NCBI GenBank assembly: GCA_902551695.1 | Contig: CACDEI010000002.1 | Coordinates: forward strand, 1,486 to 65,485 | DNA from: an uncultured Pseudomonadota bacterium | GTDB taxonomy: Bacteria; Pseudomonadota; Gammaproteobacteria; Ga0077536 | DNA: 64,000 nt | Direction: 5' to 3' | Shown here: positions 30,658-42,502 of the stretch, piece by piece | Position numbering within the stretch: the stretch's first letter is position 1 | How the letters are laid out: each line of letters starts with the position of its first letter | Position numbers and translations under genes: made by a program | The notes under the pieces: model-generated | Told to the model about the DNA's origin: nothing | Database searches by the model: none | The model's input: only the letters and a program-made list of their open reading frames with translations

Positions 30658-31554
30658 TCATTCCTTTGGCAGTTCTACTTGGTCACTCCTCGATGCAATG
30701 TAGGGAAGCTCGCCTGATGAACCTTTAGAAACCACAGGTGTCTCATCTCCCTGTTTTTTCTGAGCGACCCAACTCTTGTAATCATCTGGAGAAATTGCCT
30801 CCACCACAATGGGCATAAAGCCGTGGTCTTTTCCACACAGCTCAGCACATTGCCCCCTATAAACACCTGGCTCTTCGATTATCGCCCAAGACTCATTGAT
30901 GAACCCTGGAATGGCGTCCCTTTTCCAGCCTAGCGCAGGAACCCACCAAGCGTGAATCACATCAGCTGCAGTAGTTAAAAATCTAATCTTTGTATTTGTT
31001 GGCACTACCAATCGGGTATCAACATCTAGTAAGTAATTTTCAACAGAATTAGGATCAATCCCAGATCCTCTCTGCCTAGCGAAGTTGCTGTCATCAGCTA
31101 GTTTACTGTAGAAGCTTATACCGGAGTCTACATAGTCGTATTGCCACATCCATTGGTAGCCTGTAACTTTAATTGTCATCTCAGCATTTGACACGTCTTC
31201 CATTTTAATCAGAGTATGCGTTGCTGGTATAGCTATCCCGATTAGAATCAACAAGGGAATGATCGTCCAAACAGCTTCTACGGTGTGGTTTTCGTGCCAG
31301 CCTTCAGCTTGCGCACCTTTAGACTTTCTATAAGCGAACATAGCGTAAAACATAGCCCCAAAAACTACTACGCCAATCACTACACAAATCCACAAAACAA
31401 TCATATGAAGATCGTAAACTTCCTTGCTAAAAGGTGTAACTCCTCTTGTTAAGTTTAAGCCCCAGGTGTTGCTATTTACATTTCCTTCCGCCATTGCTGC
31501 AACCGGAAGAAAGATAAGCCCCCCTAAGACTAAGATTCTTAAATAACTCATCAA
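30658..31554 (-). CDS. ctaC: Cytochrome c oxidase subunit II
   Basis: 298 aa with a signal sequence, two TM helices and the CuA site HAWWVP...CAELCGKDHGFM. Confidence 0.94.
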   Translation of the reverse strand: MMSYLRILVLGGLIFLPVAAMAEGNVNSNTWGLNLTRGVTPFSKEVYDLHMIVLWICVVIGVVVFGAMFYAMFAYRKSKGAQAEGWHENHTVEAVWTIIPLLILIGIAIPATHTLIKMEDVSNAEMTIKVTGYQWMWQYDYVDSGISFYSKLADDSNFARQRGSGIDPNSVENYLLDVDTRLVVPTNTKIRFLTTAADVIHAWWVPALGWKRDAIPGFINESWAIIEEPGVYRGQCAELCGKDHGFMPIVVEAISPDDYKSWVAQKKQGDETPVVSKGSSGELPYIASRSDQVELPKE

Positions 31555-31673
31555 TTAATCCCTGTTAAATAATATCCTTCGCATCAAAATTCTTTTAGCG
31601 GTTTCTAGACCTAGGTGCTCGGCCAACGACGCAGAAGGTCGCAGACTGGGCCCGTGTTTACATTCTAACACTG

Positions 31674-32138
31674 TTAGTGCACTGCGTTAATTAAAACCTT
31701 GGCAAATTTTTTCTTTTCATCTTCATTTAAAAATTGTCCTAATTCTATCTCTCTTCCAGCATATCTCAAACATAATCTTGACTTGTCAGTCAGCGATGTC
31801 GGATCATAGAGCCATACTGTTACCCATCGTTTGTTAGCAGCCAACTTGCAAGACATTTCTCTCCCGCCGCTTTCCAAGAACAGAAAATCATTCTCTATTT
31901 TTACCACCTCACGAGCCATTCCAGAGCTTTGAACGAGATAAAATGCAAAGCAAAAAAATGAAGCCTCTAGGCCGAAAAACGGTAGAACCAAGGGGAAGCC
32001 AAGCAAAAACGCTGTAGCCCCGAGGGAGAAGCTTACTAAGCAAACACCCATCATTAGGCTTTTTGCAGAGTCCCATGACATCGAACGAGTCGGCCGAAGC
32101 TCCCACAAGAACTTTTTATCGTCACAGTTTAGAAGCAC
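31674..32138 (-). CDS. DUF2244-like integral membrane protein upstream of the cox operon
   Basis: 154 aa containing RPTRSMSW, two TM helices (…LVLPFFGLEASFF…) and a small C-terminal domain. This pattern and the position upstream of coxB match the DUF2244 family as I recall it. Confidence 0.55.
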   Translation of the reverse strand: MLLNCDDKKFLWELRPTRSMSWDSAKSLMMGVCLVSFSLGATAFLLGFPLVLPFFGLEASFFCFAFYLVQSSGMAREVVKIENDFLFLESGGREMSCKLAANKRWVTVWLYDPTSLTDKSRLCLRYAGREIELGQFLNEDEKKKFAKVLINAVH

Positions 32139-32811
32139 TTTTTCCTCCTAGAGCACCCAACAAAACCTCCGCTAGTGCTTTACCGGCTTTCAAGGGTTCA
32201 TTCCTATTAAACACTTGCAAAAGTGGATAATTCATATTACTCAATAATGTGTTTTTTACCCTTCCGGGAAATAAAATAGTGTCATCATACAAATTTGCTA
32301 CCCAGCCACACACATTCACATTTGAGTTGTGAAGAGATTCGGCGGTCAAAAGAGCATGATTAATGCAGCCCAACCTGACACCAACAACAATTACGACCGG
32401 GATATTTAATTTGGCCGCCAAATCTGCTACCGATATAGCTTTTCCTAACGGCACTTTCCAACCTCCCACTGCCTCTACAACCACTAGGTCATAATGGTCT
32501 CTTAACTCCTCGAAGGCGGTTTGAATTCTATCTAAGGAAATTTCCGACCCATTTAAATCAGAAGCTATATTGGGGGAACAAGGCTCAGGGTAGCAGTATT
32601 GATTTAATAAACTATGCTCTGGGGTAGGTGTTGAGGCAGAAGCCAGCTTTACAACATCTTCATTCTCTCCAGTCTCGGGAATCACACCCGTGGCAACAGG
32701 CTTCATGCCGGTAGCCTTTAGCCCTAAGGTGACCGCTCCTCTAATTAGGTGCTCAGAAACAAACGTTTTCCCGCATCCTGTGTCAGTTCCTGTTACAAAC
32801 ACAGCCGCCAC
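32122..32811 (-). CDS. bioD: Dethiobiotin synthetase
   Basis: 229 aa with the P-loop GTDTGCGKT and the VVEAVGG motif. Confidence 0.9.
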   Translation of the reverse strand: MAAVFVTGTDTGCGKTFVSEHLIRGAVTLGLKATGMKPVATGVIPETGENEDVVKLASASTPTPEHSLLNQYCYPEPCSPNIASDLNGSEISLDRIQTAFEELRDHYDLVVVEAVGGWKVPLGKAISVADLAAKLNIPVVIVVGVRLGCINHALLTAESLHNSNVNVCGWVANLYDDTILFPGRVKNTLLSNMNYPLLQVFNRNEPLKAGKALAEVLLGALGGKSASKL

Positions 32812-33668
32812 TATTTTAATCTCCTGAGCGTGTGCTCATTGTTCTTCTCATGTTTAACGGCCCAGGCATGCCCGAGGATCACCTCGTAAGTTGCTGGAAT
32901 TTTATCGTTAGATCTGTACTTTTCGTATTCTTTCAATATTTTTCGCATCCTAGTCGGCCCAGTTAATGATTTTCGTCGTTCGGGATCAGCATTGGATGCC
33001 CCTATTCCTTTTAAATCACGCAAGAGACCAGCCGCACTATCATAATTCACAGTTATTTCCTCGCTTTCAATGACAGGGTCTGAGAATCCACTCGAGCTTA
33101 GAATATCCCCTACGTCGTGCATATCTAAAAAGGTGTTCACGTGTGGCATATCAGAATAAGTGGAAAAAACCTCTCTCAGCTCCCGGAGGGTATCTGGACC
33201 TAAGGTGGAAAAAATAAAAATTGTCCCTGGTTTCAAAACATCCTTTACAGCACTAAATGCCAACCTCAGATTAGGGCACCATTGAATTGCCAAATTTGAA
33301 TACACCAGGTCTGCGATGTTTGGTTTAAGTGGGATAGCTTCGATATCACCACACAAAAACCTTTGCCTCCGAAAAATGCTATACTTTTTCTTATCTCTTG
33401 CCCGGATTAGCATATCTTCAGCTATATCGAGATTTATAACTTCAGACTTTTTAAACGATTTCTCCAACAGTTCGCCAGCCCTTCCAGTCCCTGACCCGAG
33501 ATCTAAAATTAATCGAGGTGAGACCAAAATATCTTGCAATCGATCGAACAATCGATTTGATACTTCTTGCTGAAGAAAGTCAAAATTCTCATAGGTCCCG
33601 GCGGCTGAGTTAAACTGCTTCTTCACTCTAGATTTATCAATGCTACTAAGAGGTTGCCTTATATCCAT
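32811..33668 (-). CDS. bioC: Malonyl-ACP O-methyltransferase
   Basis: 285 aa with the SAM motif ILDLGSGTG and an N-terminal KSRVKKQFNSAAGTYE typical of BioC. Confidence 0.85.
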   Translation of the reverse strand: MDIRQPLSSIDKSRVKKQFNSAAGTYENFDFLQQEVSNRLFDRLQDILVSPRLILDLGSGTGRAGELLEKSFKKSEVINLDIAEDMLIRARDKKKYSIFRRQRFLCGDIEAIPLKPNIADLVYSNLAIQWCPNLRLAFSAVKDVLKPGTIFIFSTLGPDTLRELREVFSTYSDMPHVNTFLDMHDVGDILSSSGFSDPVIESEEITVNYDSAAGLLRDLKGIGASNADPERRKSLTGPTRMRKILKEYEKYRSNDKIPATYEVILGHAWAVKHEKNNEHTLRRLK

Positions 33669-34764
33669 TTGCTAGAACTTCCTTCAACGCGTTAATCAGG
33701 TCCAAAATTTGAGCTTCTGTGTGTTGGGAACTTAGCGTAATACGTAACCTAGATGTGCCTTTTGGCACAGTAGGGGGCCTAATAGCGCGAGCATAGATCT
33801 TCAACTTTTTTAGATCTCTCTCTACCCCAAGGGCCACCTTGGCATCACCAATTAAAATGGGCTGGATTGGCGATGTACTCTGAGTTATGGGTAAACAAGC
33901 ACCCTTTGCCGCCTTTCGAAAAAAATTAATGTTGCCTTGCAACTTCTTAGTTAGAGCTCCTCGCGACTCTTGCAAAATGGACAAGGCCTCTAAGGCGGCG
34001 GCGGCTACCACTGGAGGGGGGGCAGTATCATAAATGAAAGGACGCGAATTTTGGGTTAGAAAATCTATTATTCTCTTAGGCCCTAAGACAACCCCACCAC
34101 TTGAGCCCAAGGCCTTACCGAGCGTAATCATAATTAATATTTCTGGGCATTCTCCAGAGAGGTTTTTTAATTCATAGGCCACTCCTTGCCCCTCTCCTAA
34201 GACACCGAAGCCGTGGGCATCGTCAATGTAGAGAGTGGAATTGTTTTCAATACAGTAGTTACTGAGTGAATTTAGGCAAATTTTATCGCCATCCATGCTA
34301 AATACCGACTCTGTAATTAGAAAAGATTTTTTGCCGATTGGTGCGGAATTGGAAGGAACCATAAGATGAGGGTAGCGTCTGTGACGACTACCTGTCATCA
34401 ATACTGCATCAATAAGTGAAGCATGATTAAGGCGATCGTGAAAAACCCAATCTTCCTTGCTAATTAAAGAGCAGATGGCTCCTAAGTTGGCTAAATATCC
34501 TGAGGAAAAGAGGAGTGCTGATTCTTGCCCAGTATAGTCCGCTAGCTTTACTTCTAATTCACTATGTAAAGTACATCTGCCGGTTAAAAGCGCGGCTCCT
34601 GCTGACCCAAACCCAAATGTTTTTAATTCACGACTTACCCTGTCTAGTACTCTTTGATTACTAGACATACCTAAATAGTCGTTACTGCAAAAATTTAAAA
34701 AACGCTCGTTGTTTATATTTATTTCCGGCCATTGTGAGGAACATCTATCCTCCAGTTTCCGCAA
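33646..34764 (-). CDS. bioF: 8-amino-7-oxononanoate synthase
   Basis: 372 aa PLP enzyme with FCSNDYLGMS, DDAHGFGV and the PLP Lys context TLGKALGSSGG. Confidence 0.92.
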   Translation of the reverse strand: MRKLEDRCSSQWPEININNERFLNFCSNDYLGMSSNQRVLDRVSRELKTFGFGSAGAALLTGRCTLHSELEVKLADYTGQESALLFSSGYLANLGAICSLISKEDWVFHDRLNHASLIDAVLMTGSRHRRYPHLMVPSNSAPIGKKSFLITESVFSMDGDKICLNSLSNYCIENNSTLYIDDAHGFGVLGEGQGVAYELKNLSGECPEILIMITLGKALGSSGGVVLGPKRIIDFLTQNSRPFIYDTAPPPVVAAAALEALSILQESRGALTKKLQGNINFFRKAAKGACLPITQSTSPIQPILIGDAKVALGVERDLKKLKIYARAIRPPTVPKGTSRLRITLSSQHTEAQILDLINALKEVLANGYKATS

Positions 34765-34833
34765 TAAATTGTTTCCATTAGCTACTGCTAAATTCTTACT
34801 CGCTATGTTTATTACTCAGGCTCCTCATCGAAT

Positions 34834-35820
34834 TTATTTACTGGCCTTTAGACCAAGCTTTCCAAATAGCTCTTGGTCTTTTAGAAAAACTGGGTTTTCT
34901 GTTGTCAACAGTTCCTCTCCATAAAAAATAGAATTAGCGCCAGCATAAAAGCACAAGGCCTGTAATTCATCACTCATCTCGCTTCGTCCAGCCGATAATC
35001 TTACGTAGGAGTTTGGTAAAAGAAGGCGCGCTATAGCAATAGTTCTCACGAACGCAATGGGATCCACTTCCGGAGAATCCGCTAAGGGGGTCCCTTCCAC
35101 TTTTACTAGCATGTTTATTGGGACAGATTCTGGTTGTGGATTTAGATTTGCCAAGGTTTTCAAAAAGTCTATACGATCACTTTCCTTTTCCCCTATGCCA
35201 ACTATACCGCCACAACAAACCTTTACGCCAGCCGATTGCACATTAGAGATGGTTTTAAGTCTGTGTTCATAAGTTCTAGTGGTTATGATTTGACGGTAAT
35301 ACTCAGAAGAAGTGTCGAGATTATGATTATAATAATCTAAGCCGGCTTCCCCCAATTGTTTGGCTTGTTTTTCATCTAACATTCCTAGGGTCATGCATGT
35401 CTCTAGACCTAGATTTTTCACCCCTTCAATCATAGGGATAACGGAACTAATATCTCTATCTTTCGGAGATCTCCAGGCAGCTCCCATGCAAAACCGTGTA
35501 GCACCCGCTTGCTTAGCCGCCTTAGCCTTCTCCAATACCTCCTCTAACCCCATTAGTGGAGCGTTTTTTACATGGGTCTTGTAACGAACACTTTGAGGAC
35601 AATAAGCACAATCTTCCGGGCAACCTCCCGATTTTATGCTCAGTAAAGAACTGAGCTGAACTTCATTTTCGGAGAAGTTTTCTTTGTGTATTGAATGGGC
35701 TTTGTGTAATAGTGAATTAAATGGGAGGTCAAACAGCTCTGCAACCTCCTCGTTGCTCCATATCTTCGCTTTCTGGTGGTCATGGTTTTCGGCTAGTGTT
35801 TCTGTAGAAAGGGGCATCAT
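34834..35820 (-). CDS. bioB: Biotin synthase
   Basis: 328 aa radical SAM enzyme with [10 protein letters not shown] and YNHNLDTS. Confidence 0.95.
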   Translation of the reverse strand: MMPLSTETLAENHDHQKAKIWSNEEVAELFDLPFNSLLHKAHSIHKENFSENEVQLSSLLSIKSGGCPEDCAYCPQSVRYKTHVKNAPLMGLEEVLEKAKAAKQAGATRFCMGAAWRSPKDRDISSVIPMIEGVKNLGLETCMTLGMLDEKQAKQLGEAGLDYYNHNLDTSSEYYRQIITTRTYEHRLKTISNVQSAGVKVCCGGIVGIGEKESDRIDFLKTLANLNPQPESVPINMLVKVEGTPLADSPEVDPIAFVRTIAIARLLLPNSYVRLSAGRSEMSDELQALCFYAGANSIFYGEELLTTENPVFLKDQELFGKLGLKASK

Positions 35821-35884
35821 GTATTCTCAAAAGTAAAATTGTCAACTGCATTGGGTTGGTTAAATTCCCGCTCACGTTCCTAGG

Positions 35885-35918
35885 TTGTTAACCTAGAGGA
35901 AAACGGAAATGTTTACAA
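35885..35918. promoter_or_regulatory. BirA operator-like inverted repeat (bioO) upstream of bioB
   Basis: The sequence is TTGTTAACC-N16-TGTTTACAA. The E. coli bioO as recalled is TTGTAAACC-N16-GGTTTACAA. The spacing is the same, with one mismatch per half-site, and the site lies 65-98 nt upstream of the bioB start. Confidence 0.55.
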
Positions 35919-35971
35919 GGGTTTTTAAGCTGTTTCTAGATAGGTTAGTCAAGCTCTTGAATAATATTGTT

Positions 35972-38371
<2,400 letters not shown>

Positions 38372-38376
38372 CTAAA

Positions 38377-39444
38377 TTAAGCGTAAAACTTTTCTCGTTC
38401 CACGTGAAACACCATATCCGCCCTATCAAATATCTCTGGGTGCAAAACATCATCAATGGCAGTGAAGAACTTCTGCCCTTCTAATCCCAAAATTTTATCT
38501 ACTAGCAACCCGCGCATCGAAGAATCCAACTCTGAGTGAATATCATCAACCATTATAACAGGTTGCAAGCGTGTTTTTTCTAAAATAAACCTTCTCAAAC
38601 CTAACATTATCTCCGCTGCTACCACCTTAAGCTGACCTCTAGAGAGTCGACGCGTAAACTCCTTGTTATCTACTTTTAAACGGGCATCTGCTCTGTGAAC
38701 CCCCGCCCGGGTGTACCCTAACTCTAGGTCCTTACCCCAATCTCTGTCCAACTCATCCAACAAAGAACCACCGGACCACCCTGGATAATATTCCAAAGAA
38801 ATCCCACTAAACTCTTGCTGAATTAAACTATCTACTAAGCTCTCATTTATCTTACTTATAATCTCTTTTCTGCAGGCATCTATCACCGAACCAGCACCGA
38901 CCAACCTCTTAGTCCAAAATGTTGCCTGCGACCTATCTCGCGTACCTTTTAAAACACCATTTCGCTGATTCAGAGCTCGCCTATATTCTATCCAACTTGC
39001 AACATAATCTCGTTTCACGTGAAACATCACCCTGTCCAGAAGAGCCCGTCTAGCAGAAGGGGCAGATGTCAAAATACTAGAAACTTCTGAATTAACACAA
39101 ATGAGCGGTATCTGTTGCGCTAGCTCTGAGGTAGATTTGACTTGTTTATTATCGATGGTTATTTTTGTCCCTGATTTACTCTTTACCATCAACACGTCAA
39201 TAGTTCTGTTACCACCATAATCGACTGAAACAGCTACCCTTGCAGCTTGACTGCCGTCCCTAATAACATCTCTGGCGTTTAAAGGGTTGACAGTCCTCCC
39301 GGATGCTGTGAGATTTAGCGCATCCAAAAAGGTGGTTTTACCTGAACCGTTTTTTCCCACGACCAGATTAACCCCCGGATTTAAATCCGCTCTAAGCCGT
39401 CCTATACACCTTAATTCATCAACTTTAAGATACGAGAAATGCAT
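38377..39444 (-). CDS. recF: DNA replication and repair protein RecF
   Basis: 355 aa with Walker A GKNGSGKTT, an SMC-like signature SRGQLK and Walker B VIMVDDIHSELD. Confidence 0.92.
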   Translation of the reverse strand: MHFSYLKVDELRCIGRLRADLNPGVNLVVGKNGSGKTTFLDALNLTASGRTVNPLNARDVIRDGSQAARVAVSVDYGGNRTIDVLMVKSKSGTKITIDNKQVKSTSELAQQIPLICVNSEVSSILTSAPSARRALLDRVMFHVKRDYVASWIEYRRALNQRNGVLKGTRDRSQATFWTKRLVGAGSVIDACRKEIISKINESLVDSLIQQEFSGISLEYYPGWSGGSLLDELDRDWGKDLELGYTRAGVHRADARLKVDNKEFTRRLSRGQLKVVAAEIMLGLRRFILEKTRLQPVIMVDDIHSELDSSMRGLLVDKILGLEGQKFFTAIDDVLHPEIFDRADMVFHVEREKFYA

Positions 39445-39484
39445 CTATTTTCATTAAAAAACTGACAAAATACTCTAAAGGCGC

Positions 39485-40591
39485 TCATATTCGCATAGGC
39501 ATCACGACGTATTGTATCTCCGGCTTATCCGGGTTAGTGATCAAACAACTGCTATCTGGACTATTTATATCTATTCTGACTTGAGGATCTGGTATAACGC
39601 TAAGTATATCTAGCAAATAAGATACATTGAAGCCTACCTCCATCTCTTGTCCATTATACTCAACTTCAATTTCTTCTACTGCTTCCTCCTGCTCATGATT
39701 GTTCCCGCTTAAGGTTAATAGCCCTTTTGTAAAAGCCATCCTTATAAGGGGGTTTCTGTCTGACGATAAGACCGACGCTCGATTGATTCCCCCTTTTAGA
39801 GTATCCCTATCGACTATGATCGGGCTCTCCCCCTCATCAGGAATCACCTTGGAATAGTCGGGAAAATTTCCTTCTAATAATTTGGTGGTTAGGGAAGCAT
39901 CATTCGCACTTAACCGTAGGTGATTAGCTCCTATTTCTAAGACCACTTCCTCATTTTTGTTTCGTCCAGCTAGAAGCCTACTAATTTCTAATATTCCCTT
40001 TCTGGGAATAATCACCTGAGCTTTAGATTTTACGTCCGATTTTTTATCTTTTTCCATTAGCGCCAAACGATGTCCGTCAGTGGCTACTGTTCGAATACTG
40101 TTTGGTGCAAATTCCAATAGTAGCCCATTCAGATAATGTCTAACGTCCTGCGAAGCCATGGCAAAATCAGTTTTTTCTATTAAGCCTTTCATTTCGTTAG
40201 CGGAAACATTTACGCTGTGAAGCACATCAAACTCACCTATATAGGGAAATTCCGTTCCAGAGCTAATTGCTAACGTAAATCTACTGCGACCTGATTTTAT
40301 CTTTGCTTTGTCAGAAAGTAATTCTAATTTAATATCTACTTTTTCTGGCAATTCTCGGCAAATATCAAACAATTTTCTAGCTGGAAGAGCCACTTCTTTT
40401 TTAGCCGTACTACCCAAATCAACGAAAGACACAACTTCCACCTCCGTATCTGAAGCAGTCACCGACATTCTCTGAGCATCACATTTAATTAGAACATTGG
40501 AAAGAATGGGAATAGTTTGCCTGCGTTCAATAACGTTATTCGCTCTTTGCAATGCTGGTAATAATAATTCTCTTTTTATATTAATATTCAT
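39485..40591 (-). CDS. dnaN: DNA polymerase III beta sliding clamp
   Basis: 368 aa with a typical three-domain clamp sequence ending in MPMRI. Confidence 0.95.
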   Translation of the reverse strand: MNINIKRELLLPALQRANNVIERRQTIPILSNVLIKCDAQRMSVTASDTEVEVVSFVDLGSTAKKEVALPARKLFDICRELPEKVDIKLELLSDKAKIKSGRSRFTLAISSGTEFPYIGEFDVLHSVNVSANEMKGLIEKTDFAMASQDVRHYLNGLLLEFAPNSIRTVATDGHRLALMEKDKKSDVKSKAQVIIPRKGILEISRLLAGRNKNEEVVLEIGANHLRLSANDASLTTKLLEGNFPDYSKVIPDEGESPIIVDRDTLKGGINRASVLSSDRNPLIRMAFTKGLLTLSGNNHEQEEAVEEIEVEYNGQEMEVGFNVSYLLDILSVIPDPQVRIDINSPDSSCLITNPDKPEIQYVVMPMRI

Positions 40592-40609
40592 AGTAGTAGT
40601 TATTATCTC

Positions 40610-40767
40610 GGTGGATATGTGGATATAGCTTTTTTCTTATTTAAATCAATTATTTATGGCCTTTATTAATCTAGTGATTTGTTACATTAACTGTGCATAT
40701 CCTCTGGTTTGCTTGTTTACTTTCCTATGGCTTTCTTTTGTAAACTAATATACACAGTTTATGCACA
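40610..40767. promoter_or_regulatory. DnaA-box cluster with AT-rich tract in the dnaA-dnaN spacer
   Basis: Compared with the TTATNCACA consensus:
- Tandem GTGGATAT GTGGATAT at 40611-40626 gives box TGTGGATAT at 40618-40626 (8/9, reverse orientation) and GGTGGATAT at 40610-40618 (7/9).
- TGTGCATAT at 40692-40700 (8/9, reverse orientation).
- TTATGCACA at 40759-40767 (9/9).
A tract that looks about 75% AT by eye lies at 40627-40690. Confidence 0.6.
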
Positions 40768-40768
40768 A

Positions 40769-42085
40769 CTATGTAGCAAGTATCCTATCTAGGTTGGCAT
40801 AATCTTCTTGTATCTTGAGATCGCTAGATTTTAGTTCGGCAATTTTTCTACAGGCGTGCAGAACAGTAGTGTGATCTCTACCTCCAAAAGCGTCCCCTAT
40901 TTCTGGTAAGCTGTGGTTTGTTAGTTCCTTAGTGAGTGTCATGGCAACTTGGCGAGGCCTGGCTATTGACCTGCTTCTCCTTTTAGATAGGAGATCAGCC
41001 ACCCTTATTTTGTAGTATTCAGCCACCGTTTTCTGGATATTCTCAATGGTAACCGATCTATCTTGTAGTGCTAGAAGGTCACTGAGGGCTTCCTTTGCAA
41101 ATTCTAATGTTATTGGGCAGCCCATAAAATTTGAATTAGCTACCACTCTATGGAGAGCTCCTTCAAGCTCTCGAACATTAGATCTAAATCTCTTACCTAT
41201 TAAAAAAGCCACCTCTTCAGGAACATCTATTCCCGCTTGTTGTGCCTTTGACATCAAAATAGCAACCCTAGTTTCCAATTCAGGAGGCTCGATTCCTACA
41301 CTGAGGCCCCAACCAAAACGAGATTTTAATCTTTCCTCCATCCCAGAAACTTCTTTAGGATATTTGTCACATGTGAGTACAATCTGATGTTTACCTTCTA
41401 ACAACGAGTTAAAAGTATGAAAAAACTCTTCCTGGGACCGCTCCTTCTTGGCAAAAAACTGAATGTCATCAATTAAAAGCGCATCAACAGAACGATAAAA
41501 CCTTTTAAATTCAGAGATTTTGTTGTGTTGTAACGCCTTAACCATGTCGCTTACAAAGGTTTCAGAGTGAACATACACGACTCGAGAAGTTTTGTTAGAA
41601 GCATTAATTAAGTTCCCTACAGCATGCATAAGATGTGTTTTACCTAGCCCTACACCGCCAGAGATAAAGAGGGGGTTGTAAGCTTTACCCGGACTTTCAG
41701 CCACTTGTATGGCTGCGGCTCTTGCTAGCTGATTTGATTTTCCACCCACAAAAGAATCGAAGGTGAATTCCTGAAGTCCGGATTGTCTCAATAGGGGGAC
41801 CTTATCGGATACCTTTAAGTTATCTTTTTCCCCCTCTAGCTCGAGGCTACCCACCTCAAGGATAACCTCTCCTTTATCGTAGCCGGAAGCCGCTAGAAAT
41901 TCCTTGATTCTTATCAAATACTTCTCTTCTAGAGCGTCGTAAACGAAATCATTGGGGGCTAGAATCCTAAAAAGACCTGGCTTTTCTTCTATCTGGAGAG
42001 GTTTTATCCAGGTGTTATACTCCTGCTGGGGTATTTTTCTTTCGAGTTCTTCCAAACAGCTCGCCCATGTAGTCGATTTAAGCAA
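40769..42085 (-). CDS. dnaA: Chromosomal replication initiator protein DnaA
   Basis: 438 aa with the AAA+ Walker [19 protein letters not shown], and the domain IV sequence [12 protein letters not shown]. The start codon is TTG at 42085. Confidence 0.96.
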   Translation of the reverse strand: MLKSTTWASCLEELERKIPQQEYNTWIKPLQIEEKPGLFRILAPNDFVYDALEEKYLIRIKEFLAASGYDKGEVILEVGSLELEGEKDNLKVSDKVPLLRQSGLQEFTFDSFVGGKSNQLARAAAIQVAESPGKAYNPLFISGGVGLGKTHLMHAVGNLINASNKTSRVVYVHSETFVSDMVKALQHNKISEFKRFYRSVDALLIDDIQFFAKKERSQEEFFHTFNSLLEGKHQIVLTCDKYPKEVSGMEERLKSRFGWGLSVGIEPPELETRVAILMSKAQQAGIDVPEEVAFLIGKRFRSNVRELEGALHRVVANSNFMGCPITLEFAKEALSDLLALQDRSVTIENIQKTVAEYYKIRVADLLSKRRSRSIARPRQVAMTLTKELTNHSLPEIGDAFGGRDHTTVLHACRKIAELKSSDLKIQEDYANLDRILAT

Positions 42086-42334
42086 GGTTACATCAATCCA
42101 TAGTAAAAAATGTAGTAGGGGACAATTGTAAAAACCAGTATACTTTTTAATTCACATTTCGTGAATGAGCTTTTATCATATCAAACAGTCGAAACCTTTA
42201 AAGAAAAAAAACAATAAACGACAAAAATAATTGCTTATTACTAGAAAAACACATAGTATCGCCGCCTCTAGATATTGTTTATATCTATGATATTTTAGAA
42301 ACCGATTCCTCAGCTTAAAATTCAGGTAAACTCG
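42086..42334. other. AT-rich rpmH-dnaA divergent spacer (promoters for both; alternative oriC candidate)
   Basis: This 249-bp spacer is where gene orientation switches from a long minus-strand block to a plus-strand block. It holds only weak DnaA-box-like elements. One is TAATTCACA at 42148-42156 (8/9), which sits inside the palindrome ATTCAC-N5-GTGAAT at 42150-42166. Confidence 0.4.
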
Positions 42335-42472
42335 ATGAAACGTACTTTTCAACCAAACCGATTGAAGCGGTCTAAAAAACATGGTTTTCGGGCTAGAATG
42401 AAGACCAAGTCAGGACGCCGGATAATTAGAGCTAGACGTTACAAAGGTCGTGCAAGGTTAGCAGCCGATTAA
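42335..42472 (+). CDS. rpmH: 50S ribosomal protein L34
   Basis: Hand-translated 45-aa ORF, below the ORF-track cutoff: [45 protein letters not shown]. Confidence 0.95.
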   Translation: MKRTFQPNRLKRSKKHGFRARMKTKSGRRIIRARRYKGRARLAAD

Positions 42473-42502
42473 AGAAAACTATTAAGTGAATCGTACTCAA
42501 CA

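Noticed and set aside
31600-31660. Possible SRP (4.5S) RNA or other known small RNA in the GC-rich ctaC upstream spacer.
   Set aside because: The conserved SRP domain IV sequence (…GGAAGGAAGCAGC… type) is absent on both strands, and only 4-bp stems can form. I kept it as a low-interest note only.
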